Shown piece by piece: positions 13,866 to 28,211 of a stretch of 64,000 bases of DNA. Each line of letters opens with the position of its first letter. Position 1 is the first letter of the stretch. The stretch lies in the NCBI RefSeq assembly GCF_009914755.1, contig NC_060947.1; one strand, given 5' to 3'. Under the pieces are notes generated by a model. The model was not told where the DNA came from. It made no database searches and was given only the letters and a program-made list of their open reading frames with translations. The stretch comes from the human T2T-CHM13v2.0 reference genome, Homo sapiens. Both the position numbers and the translations under genes were made by a program.

Positions 13866-15935
13866 AGTGAGCTTGTGTGTATGTGCGTGTGCACATTCTT
13901 GTGAGTGTTTTCCCCCATGCTGGTTCGTATTTGTGGTGGTTATAATGTTTTGTGGTTTATTTTTAGTTTGGAGTTATGAGGGGGAAAAAAAAAGAAAAAT
14001 TCCCTTCATTGATATATTTCTCTGCTCTCTTATCATGGCGCTCAGCCCCGCCCTGGCAACCTTTTATGTCCCCCCAAAATTTTGGCAGTGTCAAGAGCCC
14101 AAGCAGCCATGCTACTGGGAGCAAGAGCAGAGGCAAAACACCACGTGCCCGTCAGAGCGCTGGTTTGTCTGATATGCAAGGTCCAGCAGGCTTCATGTGG
14201 CACAGAGCTTTTGCTGTTCCCATTTTCAACTCGCTTACGGAGATGTACAGCCAAGGGAGATGCTCATTGTAGAAGAAACATAGTGTTGTTCTCCTCCAAG
14301 TGCCTGAGAGCATCCCTTACTGAATGTCCTGCAGCAGCCCAGATAGTAACCCAGAGTATTTGAAGGCAACACTGTCATGACGCAGAGCTTCAGGACAGTC
14401 ACAGATCACACTGTAAGGTTCTGGAACAAAGGAACCAAGTTTTTTCAATTTTCTGGGAAGGGTTTTTGGCAATCTGCATAGCACACTTGTTATGGTCTTA
14501 CCAAGCACTTTAAAAAAAGCACGTCTATCCACGCAACATTTATAAAAGCCAACGTACTTGATGATGTTTAAAGTCTCTGGACAGAATATGAAAACCAGGC
14601 CTGAACTGTCACTAGGAAAGTGAGAGAAAACTCAACATTATTTTGTGAGACACTAATGATCTCTTACCTCTTTAGTGAGAGGTTTGGACGTTCAATTTGA
14701 CTATCTAATTTACCCTGGCAACTGGAGCACAGAGGCCTCATCCTTCTGCCAGAGAGTAGCATTAAACAATAGTGGTTGTGTGTTCTAATGAGTTTTTTTT
14801 ATGATTATGATTCCGTCATACCAACCCCACCCCCTGCCTGAGCACGAAAGACTTCAGGGGATATGGCAGACATCACATATGCCACTGCTCCCCAGTGTCA
14901 ATACTATGCATAAACTTCGGATGTTGCACGATGCAGCCTGTCTTCCTCTGGGCATGAACGTCTGCGGAGCCACTGTGTGTGTGAACATGTTTTTATTCCA
15001 AAAAGCTTCTCATTCAGTGGCTACTGAACTTCGTTGATAAGCCACACTGGAAAGGGAAGCTGGCATGCAAGTGGTAGCATCTTGCAGGCAGCACTGTGAC
15101 ATTTACTTTTCCCTCGCCATACCCATAAAAATCCCCAGATTAAATTTGGTTTGCCTTTTATTTCTTCTGACACCCTATGCTGGCTTTTCATTGCAGAGAC
15201 TTTTTATGAGCACGTTGGACGTGTGAATGGGCTGCCAACAGATGAAGTAAAAATACTTCCATCACTCTCCCTACCACCTCCAAGAAGCAGATGAAAATAC
15301 TTGCAGGCCAGGGCTGAAATCTACACAGTATGTCAACTGGTGTGCTTTCCTTAAATGCAGCCAAAACAGACAGGCACAGTGTAGACAGAAATTTTTGGTT
15401 ACTTCAGAGGAAAGTAAATACATATTTTAGTTTTTAGCAACAATAGAGCAGAAATGTATCCAACATTGTCTTGCTAATTTCAAACCACTGTAGAGAAATG
15501 TTTGTTTGTGCTTGCTAATGCTCAGTATAGACAGAAACACAGCATGCATAGAACTGGTTCCATGGGAGTCATTAAAAGGCATGCTGAGAATATGTGCTAA
15601 GAATAAGACACAATTCTTTGTGCCTCTTCTTTGGCAAAACTCATTACAGGAAGTGATTTCAAAGTCAAAGGTATGACATATTCATTCCTCCGGGAAAAGA
15701 GAGGGTTGAATGGCAAGTGTCTTCCTTTTTTGTGTCTTTCATGATTGCACCTGTGGCTGCAATAGCAGGAAGACATACAGCAAGCAGGCAGGCATGATGA
15801 GGGAGAAAAGAATCAGGGCAAGAAAAGACCAGCCTAACATGAGATTGATGATCACAATGGCTGTACAATTTAAATCGCACATGATCCAATAGCATAACAT
15901 GTTTGTTTTAGAAAATGCCTTCTTTGCAATATGAC

Positions 15936-16160
15936 ATGGTGGAAAAGAGTCTTGAAGTTAGAAAACATTTGTCCCAATCTTGGTTCTGCCACATCCTCTG
16001 TGATCTGGAGCAAGTTTGCCCTCTCGGTTCTCAGTTTCCTCAACTGGAAATTGAGCATAATAATTGCACCTACTACACAGTGGTTTAAGGGTTACTTACA
16101 TTCACTCACATATGTCGAAGTGCCTAGTAGAGCGCTTGGCATTCAACAAGTGATTCACAA
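15936..16160 (+). mobile_element. MIR
   Basis: TCTCAGTTTCCTCAACTGGAAATTGAGCATAATAAT core and 3' GTGCCTAGTAGAGCGCTTGGC. Confidence 0.75.
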
Positions 16161-16401
16161 TTTTTTCACATCTCAATGTAAGTAATGAGAAATCGCCCAA
16201 TATCTTGCAGTGGGGCTTGACCAACTCATGAATATGCCAGGATATGAGCTTCAGTTTAATATATTTTGGTTGTTCCCAGAGCCATTGCCTCTCCGGCCAG
16301 GCTTTTGTTAACCTACAACAGCAATTTCCTGCTAAGTCTTAGTGTAAGGACCATCCTTTCTGTACACTTCTCATCTATTTTAGAAGACCACACGCTTGGA
16401 G

Positions 16402-16579
16402 TAGTGGTTACCAACTCTAGGGTCACATTAAAATCACAGGGGGAACCACGGATGCCCAGACCCTATGCACAGATTCTTATTCAACTTGTGTAGGATGGGT
16501 CTGTAGATATTTTTTTGCATTGGCATTTTAAACTGATCCTGAGGCAATTTTAGTAAGTAGCCAAAGTCAAGAATTGCTG
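16402..16579. mobile_element. MER5-family (MER5A1-like) hAT-Charlie element
   Basis: AGTGGTTACCAAC...CACATTAAAATCAC...AGCCAAAGTCAAGAATTGCTG termini. Confidence 0.7.
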
Positions 16580-16676
16580 ATGTACAGGGTTTTCGTTGCT
16601 CTCCTCTATCTCCCACCCTCTTCCAGTAATAGTGAAGATGTGTTGTCTAAGGCGACCATAACCTCCTGCCTATTTC

Positions 16677-16752
16677 TTTCAGTCCAGGACTTTGCACAGT
16701 GCCTGGCATATAGTAAATGCTCCAATAATATCCGTTGAATGAATGAATGAAT
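16677..16752 (+). mobile_element. L2 3' terminus
   Basis: GCACAGTGCCTGGCATATAGTAAATGCTCCAATAA...(TGAA)n. Confidence 0.8.
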
Positions 16753-16805
16753 CACCAATGGTATATATGCTCACAAGATTTCTGATTGGTGTTAGTGAGT
16801 CATCA

Positions 16806-16970
16806 AGTGGAAAGGGGATAGACTTAGGAGTCAGAGAACAGTCACAAGCTTGGTGGGTTTTCATGGTTAAATCACTTACCTACTCAGAGCCTCAGTTACC
16901 CCATGTGTAAAATGAGAGGAGTAAACTAGAGGATTTCCAAGGGCCTTTAGAGCTCTAACACTGGTGTTCT
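16806..16970 (+). mobile_element. MIR3-like SINE
   Basis: GAGCCTCAGTTACCCCATGTGTAAAATGAG...ACTAGAGGATTTCCAAGGGCC. Confidence 0.7.
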
Positions 16971-17563
16971 ACAAGTCTATGACAACCCATGGCACTAATA
17001 GCTATATTTCTGCTATCCTCATAAAATGACATGAACACGGGAAAGGGAGTTTAATGAATCTTGTAAAAAGCACTTTCTGGAACGAGAGAAGCCATTTTCA
17101 TAACGGAGAGAATTTAATGGACTTAGCTTGTAAAGAAGCAATTTAGTAGCTTCTGTCCATTTGGAACAGTTGCCCATGCTAAGCAGAAAGAAAGGATAGG
17201 GAAACAAGTAATTCCTGAGCACCCACCTTCCCTCAGAGACTGAGTGTAGCCTCTGGAATTAAACTAAGTGGATCGAGACTGACCGCTCGGTGTCTTGGAC
17301 CTGCTCCTTGGGGTCTGGTGAAGACGAAATGAGATAACACTCATAAAGCCCTTAGAACAGTGCCTGGCAAGTAGAAAGGATACAATAAATTTTAAAGAAA
17401 AAGTAAGAACAAGACAAAATCCAAATAAAACCCCCATGACTCTAGTGTACTGTTTGTCTCCATATTCCAATCACAGAAACTGAAGCTCAGGGAAATCAAA
17501 TAAATACGCCCTCTGTGACACAGCTGGTAAATGGCAAATCTGAGTGTTCTAGTCAGTACCAGT

Positions 17564-17566
<3 letters not shown>

Positions 17567-17598
<32 letters not shown>
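17567..17598. repeat. A32 homopolymer
   Basis: pure A run with no adjacent Alu/L1 body. Confidence 0.95.
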
Positions 17599-17599
<1 letters not shown>

Positions 17600-18055
17600 C
17601 CAGTGTGCTTGTCCTCATTCCTCATTGCTTTATTGGGATTCCTAACATGCCTAGGTCTGCTCTCAAACTCCCTACTGCTATTCATGCCTTCCTCACTTCA
17701 GTAGCCAGTGCTCGGGGTTCGCTCACTTCAGCAGCTTTCCTGAGTCCTTATAGGCTTGCTTTAGCTGTTGCTTCTCAGCTTTCCCCCATGGCCCCTTTCC
17801 AAGTGTCCTTCACCATGAAAGAGTAATAATGTTGTTTCTGCTTTTATACACAGAGCTACATTCATACAAGTACCTCTAGCTTTTAGCCCAACAAAAACCT
17901 CTACATAGGCAGAATTATCTATTCGTGCATCAAACCATAATGGCCTTTGCAAAGGAGAAACTTGTCTTTTAAAACTTATCCCAATGTCCTCCACAGCATC
18001 TAGCTCACAATGGGAGCTCAGTAAGTCTGGAGGAGGGCCTGAGCATATGTGCTTT

Positions 18056-19172
<1,117 letters not shown>

Positions 19173-19227
19173 CTTTGAAAGTTACCCAGGTGACATTACT
19201 ATGTGCCCCTGGTGAAGACGCTCTAGA

Positions 19228-19362
19228 TTCTAGTTCAAAACTCTCATTGTACAGTTGGGGAAACCGAGCCAAAGAGGAGTAGAAACTTATCAAAGGTTGT
19301 ATTCAAAGGACTCAAAGCCAGGAAGCCTGATTTCAACTGCAGATCTCTTCCCTCTGACTGCC
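19228..19362 (-). mobile_element. MIR fragment
   Basis: CTCATTGTACAGTTGGGGAAACCGAGCC antisense core. Confidence 0.6.
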
Positions 19363-19516
19363 AGGCCAAAATCTGGGGAGTACCCACATTGTTCTACTTG
19401 GATAATCCAATCTGCATCATAGCCAAGCTGTTTTTGTGAAATTATCTGCTGTCTCGTGGCCCTCTGCTCCTTTTAGAGGTATCATTTTGGAGAAGTGAGG
19501 GGAGCACTCTCACAAG

Positions 19517-19740
19517 GAGGCGATATATTATAGTAGTTAAGAATGTGGAATCTGTAGCCAGGTTTTAAATCCTGGCTTCATCACTTCCAACTTGTAGGTT
19601 ATTGGGCAAGTTTCTTAACTTCCCGGATATTCAATATCCTCATGTGGAAAATTGGTATAAGAATGGTTGATATGATGAGTAAATGCGATCATGCATACAA
19701 AGTACTTTGAACAAGGCCTGACAAGTATTCAATTAATCTA
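19517..19740 (+). mobile_element. MIR
   Basis: TAGTAGTTAAGAATGTGG...AAATCCTGGCTTCATCACTT...TTGGGCAAGTTTCTTAAC. Confidence 0.75.
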
Positions 19741-19909
19741 ATTAGTACTTTCATTTCATAATATATTTCAACTGTCTTTATCTCATCATTTCTCAACTTC
19801 AAGAAAATGATATTTACACTTTTCCCAGCTCTACTCTTGGTAAAATCATGCAGATCTGGTTGTATATACATTCAACTGCAACATAAAGCAGCAGGGCTCT
19901 AACTATTTA

Positions 19910-20539
<630 letters not shown>

Positions 20540-20914
20540 TCATTAGATGACCAATACTACTGTATACATGGATGCCCGGGAAAAATTCCTGGCCTTTCTC
20601 TCTACAAAGAATGATTACATATCCATTGCATACTTAATATATTTCTACTTCATGGACATTGTGGATTTTGCAGCACATAGATCCTCTTTTTTTCCTAATG
20701 GCTGCTAGGACTCTTGGAGACAATTTTCTGGCCATATCCTTAGTAGATATGTAGAACATCATGATCAGCAATTGTAGTTCACACCTAGATCACTTTGGCA
20801 CCAAACTTCTTTTCCCTTTCTTCTTTTATCCCTTCTTTTCATTTCAGCTACCAAGTCATAAATTTTACACATTCTTGTTTCTTTTTCAACATCTAATATC
20901 TGACTATGTAAGAG

Positions 20915-20918
20915 AGGA

Positions 20919-20949
<31 letters not shown>

Positions 20950-20952
20950 AAG
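20915..20952. repeat. (GAAA)n low-complexity repeat
   Basis: GAAA units. Confidence 0.8.
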
Positions 20953-22129
20953 GTAAATAAATACAGAAGACTTTCTCTATTATTTAAAACTAAGCCCAGT
21001 TAGATTACGTACATTGGGATTTTCCCACAAGCCCAAATCCCACAACACAAGGGTGCATTTTCAGAACGCTTATGTAGGCATTCTATCTGAAAAGTCAAGA
21101 GCAATATTATGACTTATAAGAGAGGCCAGCCAGACATCTATCATGTTGCCTCAGACTCATGGGACCAACTCGGTTCACAGTATGTTTTCCTTCCCGGGCA
21201 GTGATGCCCTATGAAGACAACAAAGTAAGAGACATCCACCATTAAGGTGATTCTCCTTTCCAGCGTCTGGAGCTGTCCATCCTTTCCAGTTTCTCTGATG
21301 AATGGAAGTTTGAGGAGGAAATAACTTAGCACAATCCATATCGCATCACATTTTATTTGCTTACCGTTGCTGATGCTCAGAGATATTTTGAAGATAAAAT
21401 CAGAAGCGTTACGTGTCTTCCCAAATCAATAGTTTAATACCTTGGTTACAGGTACCCCTACCATTAATCTCAGTCTGCTTATGAAGCTATGGGTGATACT
21501 TGACGTAGCAAGTAATAAGCATGCTTTTTCATTGGTTTGGGCTCAGCAAGACAAATATATATTTAGATGCACTTTATTTTAAAGAGATGAGAATCATCAT
21601 CAGTCAATTAAATAAACTTATTTCTCTCAGAAATACTATTATATGCCACTTTTTAAAAGTAAATGAAACACTTGCAGCTAGCTTTATGGTGTGTTCAGTA
21701 CATACTGACATATGACAAATTTAAATTTAAATACGTTGGCTATAGTACTATATATCAATTCACCAGTAATTCACCTTTAAGGTTTTCAGCTGTACAAAAG
21801 AAATAGTAACCTTATCGGGAAAGTCACTAGGCTATGCTTCAGAACTTATCAATGTGGAGTGGATTTTGTAAATGTCTATAAATGTTAACCATTAATTTTC
21901 TTAATGCCATGATAATCTGCAATTTAGAAACCAAGCAGGTAAAATGCTTCTTTAAAAGCTAGGTGCATGAAATCATATTCATTATGAAAACAGCTCATCT
22001 CATTTCCAGGAAGTGATTTTTTACAACATTCATCAAACTCTCTTTCCCAGAGTATAGGTCATTTTAAAAGGGAAGTAGCAATGTGGATATTGGTGTCATG
22101 TTTATTCATAGACTTTAAAGCAAAGCATG

Positions 22130-22245
22130 TCTGAGCCAGAAAGGGTCTTAAAGATCATTTAGTCTAACTTCTTTTTATAGAGAGAGAAAGTCAGGGAAAG
22201 AGAGAGGAATGCATTTGCTTAAGATTGCCCAGCTTAAGTGGAAAG
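22130..22245 (-). mobile_element. MIR3 fragment
   Basis: GAAAGGGTCTTAAAGATCATTTAGTCTAAC antisense MIR3 tail. Confidence 0.55.
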
Positions 22246-22251
22246 AAGCAC

Positions 22252-22726
22252 TGTGTGTGTGTGTCTGTGTGTGTGTCTGTGTGTGTGTCTGCGTGTGTGT
22301 CTGTGTATGTGTCTCTGTGTGTATGTGCGTGTGTGTGTGTGCATGTGTGTGTCTGTGTGCGTGTGTGTCTGTGTGTCTGTGTCTATGTGCGTGTGTGTCT
22401 GCGTGCGTGTGTGTGTCTGTGTGTGTCTGCGTGTGTCTGTGTATGTGCGTGTGTGTCTGTGTGCATACGTGTTTGTGTGTGTCTGTCTGTGTGCATGTGT
22501 GTGTGTGTCTGTGTGTGTCTGTGTGTCTGTGTGTGTGTCTGTGTGTGTGTGTCTCTGTGTGTGTCTGCGTGTCTGTGTGTGTGTGTATGTGCGTGTGTGT
22601 CTGTATGTGTCTGTGTGCGCATGTGTGTGTGTCTGCGTGTGTGGACGTCTGTGTGCGTGTGTGTGTCTGTGTGTGTCTGTCTGTGTGTGTCTGTGTGTGT
22701 CTGTGTGTGTCTGTGTGTTTGTATGT
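22252..22726. repeat. 475-bp compound (TG)n/(TGTC)/(TGCG) simple repeat, followed by a GA-rich tract to ~22835
   Basis: continuous TG dinucleotides interrupted by TC, CG, TA. Confidence 0.97.
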
Positions 22727-24237
22727 AGGGAGGGAGAGAGAGAAACCGAAAGAGAGAAGCACAGAAAGAGAGGAGAGACAGAGAGTGCAAAAAGGGGGTA
22801 AAAGAGAAAGAGAGAGGGAGGGAGAGAGACAGAAAAAGTTATTAAACCATGGCTTCATATAACCAGTGGCAACCTGTTCTTTCATCTGAGGAACTAGTGT
22901 TTTGGTGACTTAGGGTTTGATGAATATAACCAAATCTATTTGGCAGTAACCAAAGCCAACAGCTATTGAAAGCATGGGAAAATGTTGTTATTTATGTTCA
23001 TGTTCACATTAATACCAGCATGGATTTGAAATGAGCCAAATTTAAATATGGACTACACTTAAGACTATGAAGAAATAAAAACATCTATGAGGCTCAGGTA
23101 AGAAAAGAACCCTTGGAAAAGTCTTACTGAAAACATTTGCCTTTTCAGACATTTATCCATAATAGGGGGGAATTTATATCACCACTAACTGTTTGCATTA
23201 TTTAGTATGGTAAATGCCTTAAAGAGCCAAATCAGCAATTAATCTTCTTAAAAACAAAATAACTATTTCAAATTTCCTTCGATTAGCAAGAACATTCCAT
23301 CTGTATGTTATTTGTCTCTAATAACTCATTGTAAGCTAACATGTTTTAGGGCAATTTTCAAGTATTCATTTGTACTGGTGAGGGAGTCGAAGGATCTCTT
23401 AGCTGGCTGTCACATTCCACCCACATCTGCTCTTTCCCTCAGAGCCATCAGCAGGGTTGAATAATGTTTATGAAGACACACAGCAGTATACAGCAGGCTG
23501 AGGCATGGGCAAGGCTAAGAAATATGTAAGGAAGGAAGAATAGAAAAGGGGGAAATTGACTTTGAAAGGAGAGTGAAAAATATAGATGAGAGAGAATATT
23601 AGAAGAGGATTAAGAAAGGGCATCAGATATCAGATCGTGACATAACAGCAAGTTGAAAACCCGTGTACTAGCCCGTTATGAATGCTTTTTTACATTCCCA
23701 AAGCTTGTAAAAGATCTTTTTAAGACAAATGAATGTTATCTTTTAAAACATAAACTGTTTTGGAAAGTATGAAATATGCATTTTGCTCTTAAAAAAGCAC
23801 CACTTTACATCCATAATGCATCAAAAGCCTACAGGATTTTATACATCTTTACAAGGTGAACTTTCACACAATACTAAGAAATTTAGTTCATTGGACAGAA
23901 ATATGAAATTATTAAATGTGTTTTAAGAGAGATTCGGTGCTTTCCGAATTTTATTTAAACTTGTGATTATCACTCTAGTAAAAAAGTATTATCAAAACCA
24001 CAAGCAACCAAGCAAATGTACTAAATAGGTGCTGTTTCCTTCTTCCCACCAAACAGCAATTCAATTATGCTGCGTAGTTTTTTTTGTCATTTTGGTTATT
24101 TTCTCAGAAAGCTGAACTGTTGTGAATAGGACCTTGCTGGTGTCCCAGGAACTTTTCTATAATACACACTCTTGGCAACTTAGTTCTAGATAGTGTCCAG
24201 GAACAATCTGGTTTTAATTCAGAAACAGTCCATTGTA

Positions 24238-24992
<755 letters not shown>

Positions 24993-26660
24993 AGGAGAAA
25001 AAGTAATAGGCCACTGTAGCACCTCCAGGACTTGTGCCATCACATCTGTTTCCTTTAGTCCTTTGCAGTCCCTTTAAGATGTTGTGGATCTTAAAGAACA
25101 TCCCTTAAACTCCTCAGTCACAAGTGTTCCCCTGGCTGCTACTTCCAGAGCTCTCTTTGCCTAATGTTTTCTTCCCTGAAGAATAATAACTAAAATTGAG
25201 CCTACTAGAGCCCTCCTCAAGTTAGCCCCCTCTCAATTAGCATTCTCCTTATAATTACATAACCTCTCAGGTTGGAGACCTTCCTTGCTGAGGGGCTGAG
25301 GCATTAATGGATGAGATGGGTGGAGTGCAAGTTTTCCCAACATAAGAAACAGTGTGACTCTGAGTCATCTGGGGTATTTGATTGCTTAATGGAGTTCAAT
25401 GGATGGCATCTAACCTTTGGGAATAGTTGTTCCTCTGCTTCGTTTCTCTCTGTAGAACACATTAGTCATTGTCCCTGATGTGGTAGGTCAGCCCCTTGAA
25501 ATTTTGCCTTTAAATAAATAGTCCACTTGCCTGCATTCTCCTCCTACCCTTCTGTGCTCATGCAGAGATGACTGTCTTGATACCAGATCGGTCCATTGCC
25601 AAGATGCCATGGCACACGCGGGACAGAGCCAGTACTCCTTACAGACTTGATGGGGTTACAACAGCTGGGTACCTGGAGAGGCCCATATTATCAGCCTTGT
25701 CATTCAATTATTTTCTATTTATTCAGCCCCATATGAAATCCTTAAATTTTTTATGAAAAATCTTAGTAGCACAGAAGGAAAAAAAGTGTTATTAAGCTAA
25801 TAAAACAAACCTCCATTGGAACTAACTGGGAAAGCCGGAGAAATTAACATGAGAAATATAAAACTAATTAATTCCTTGCTTGACACAGTTAAAGATTGTT
25901 TAGATTAGACAGAGCAAAAAGGGTGATATCTTTTTTAATAATAAAATAAGCCTACACACCAATATACATTTAAATAAATATGACAGAATGAGGGCATTAT
26001 GATTTAGATCCTTCGAGCATACTTGGAACAATACATTTAGTAGACATTTGAAAATGGCCTGAAGAACTCACAGTGAGTGTCATATGGAAGAGGCAATAGG
26101 GGAAACCTGGCTTAAGGAACTAAGAGTGAAATGACAGCAACAAACCTGGACCCGATAAATACTATAATCCTTTCTCTTAAGAGTTTGCTCCTCTCTCTTG
26201 GACAGGGGGAAACCTTTTGAATTCAGTTGGCCAGAATGGTAGGTACTCATTTTTATAAAACTGTCGCCTCCACTGTTTTGGGGGTACTTTGTAATTTTCA
26301 ATAAGAAGAATAGAATTTTATTGAAACCAGATTCCTAAAGCCTCATTTATATTACAGATTCGAGTTCCGTATCCTTGTACTGAAGCAGAAGAAGTTGTCT
26401 TGCGTTATGTTCATAAAAGTGATAGGACTATAAAAACGTTAGTTTTAATTTGGGTACAAGAAGGGCCAGATATTTTATTGCCAAATCCACGCACTTAGAG
26501 AAGTAGCACTCTTTCATCTTGCTAGGGACATTGTTTCAAGAATTAAAGCAACGTAGTATTTTTCAAATTGATCTGAAGGATGAAGTGTGGCTTTGCAAAG
26601 TGCCTGACATTTCCTTGAGGCACCTTTGGGTCAGTCATTACCAGGGATTAGCCCAGGGTT

Positions 26661-26748
26661 CTTTATACATCTAGGTTCCAGTATCCTATAAAGCACCTAT
26701 AAAGTGCTTTATAGATCAGTGCTTTATACATCTAGGTTCCAGCATCCT
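26661..26748. repeat. 27-bp direct duplication enclosing inverted copies
   Basis: CTTTATACATCTAGGTTCCAG(T/C)ATCCT at 26661-26687 and 26722-26748; 11-bp inverted repeat 26686-26696/26704-26714. Confidence 0.9.
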
Positions 26749-27069
26749 TCTCTCTACAGAGTAGATGCACTCAGCACAGTTGGTTGGAAACCAAATAGCT
26801 TACACATTCTATAAAATGAGATCACTTTTTGCCATCGGAAAAAAAAATCACAATCTATATAGAAAATGCTTGGCAATGAAGAATTAAGATAGTGTCAGTT
26901 CTGCGCTCTGTATGTTACAAGGTTGTCAAAGCAGGTATAGGCCTTTAACAATTTTTTCTCAGTGGAATGGACCCTTGTTTTCTACTTACAGAACCAGCTA
27001 TTTGCATCTTTATCCACTGACACTTATCCTTCTTCATCTTTTATTCTAGATGTTTTAATTAATTTTAAA

Positions 27070-27195
27070 TGGAGTCATAAAAATGTTGGACTTGGGATTT
27101 ATAATTCACAACATAGTCCAAATCCCTCATTTTGAAGATCACAAAATATGTATTAGATGAAATGACTTGCTTAAGGTCATGTAACTACTTAGCAG
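27070..27195 (-). mobile_element. MIR3 fragment (host of the LTR17 insertion)
   Basis: TAGTCCAAATCCCTCATTTTG...AAATGACTTGCTTAAGGTCATG. Confidence 0.6.
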
Positions 27196-27967
27196 TGTTA
27201 CTGTGGGGGTCCTTGCTCCCAGAGCTCCCAAGATGGTGGCGGGCTGCTTCCAAGATGGCGGCAGGCCTCTTCCAAGATGGTGGCAAGCCTCATGTTCTCT
27301 GACCTGGGGTTCTTAGCCTCACGGATTCCAAGGAATGGAGTCTTGGGCCATGCAGTGAGTGTTACAGCTCTCTTAGAAGCCGTGGGTCACAGAAGAGAAC
27401 CGTGGAACCCAGTGACTAGTGTTCAGCTCAATTAGGATGAACCCGGGCACTTAGCCGTGCAGGAACAATGGCGAGCCTTTAGCCCAATCAGGAGTGGCAA
27501 CAGGAGCACAGCGGACACCCTGCCGTATCTGGAGGGATGGAAGTCAGCGGCGGGTCTGCAACTGCAACAGCAGCAAACAGTAGTGGTGGACAGCAAGCGA
27601 AAGCTCAGCTCAAGCAGTAACAAACATGGACCAGAAGAGTGTGCAGCTGCAAGATTTAATAGGGTGAAAACAGAGCTCCATTACAAAGGGAGGGGACCCA
27701 AAGAGGGTAGCCGTTGCTGGCTAGAATGCCTGGGTTTATATCCCGATCATTGTCCCTCCCACTGTGCTCTCAGGCGATAAATGATTGGCTCTTTCTTTAC
27801 CTCCTGTTTTTGCCTAATTAGCATTTTAGTGAGCTCTCTTTACTACCTGATTGGTCGGGTGTGAGCTAAGTTGCAAGCCCCGTGTCTAAAGGTGGATGTG
27901 GTCACCTTCCCAGCTAGGCTTAGGGATTCTTAGTCGGCTTAGGAAATCCAGCTCGTCTTGTCTGTCA
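27196..27967 (-). mobile_element. HERV-W LTR17 solo LTR
   Basis: 772 bp, TG...CA; minus strand AGCTGGATTTCCTAAGCCGACTAAGAATCCCTAAGCCTAGCTGGGAAGGTGACCACATCCACC matches LTR17 U3; TSD GCAG/GTAG. Confidence 0.93.
27735..27854 (-). promoter_or_regulatory. LTR17 U3 promoter motifs (2x CCAAT, octamer-like ATGCTAAT, TATA)
   Basis: ATTGG 27850-27854 and 27784-27788; ATTAGCAT 27817-27824; TTTATATC 27735-27742; activity not shown. Confidence 0.55.
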
Positions 27968-28159
27968 GTAGCAGACTCTCTTTTTTACTATAGTGTGATT
28001 AATCGAGGTCGGGTAAAGTACTACTCTGTAACACAGTCAACCAGGATTTTCCTCAAAATCACCTATGAAGGATGTTTTCTAACAGAAAATAAATGGAAAG
28101 GCTCTAGAGAAGCTTTATATTTGGTGTATGCATTTCTTTTCAAGTTTTATTTCCATCTT

Positions 28160-28211
28160 TTCAACCCCCATTTCTCTGCCCTCTATTCAACCCCCATTTC
28201 TCTGCCCTCTA
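28160..28211. repeat. perfect 26-bp tandem duplication
   Basis: TTCAACCCCCATTTCTCTGCCCTCTA x2. Confidence 0.95.

Noticed and set aside
22175-22885. 135-236 aa ORFs rich in HT/CV dipeptides
   Set aside because: Artefact of the stop-free (TG)n repeat; open in multiple frames on both strands
27229-27284. 22-bp periodic repeat as a CRISPR-like or novel array
   Set aside because: Internal repeat of the LTR17 U5 region; eukaryotic context with no spacers or cas genes
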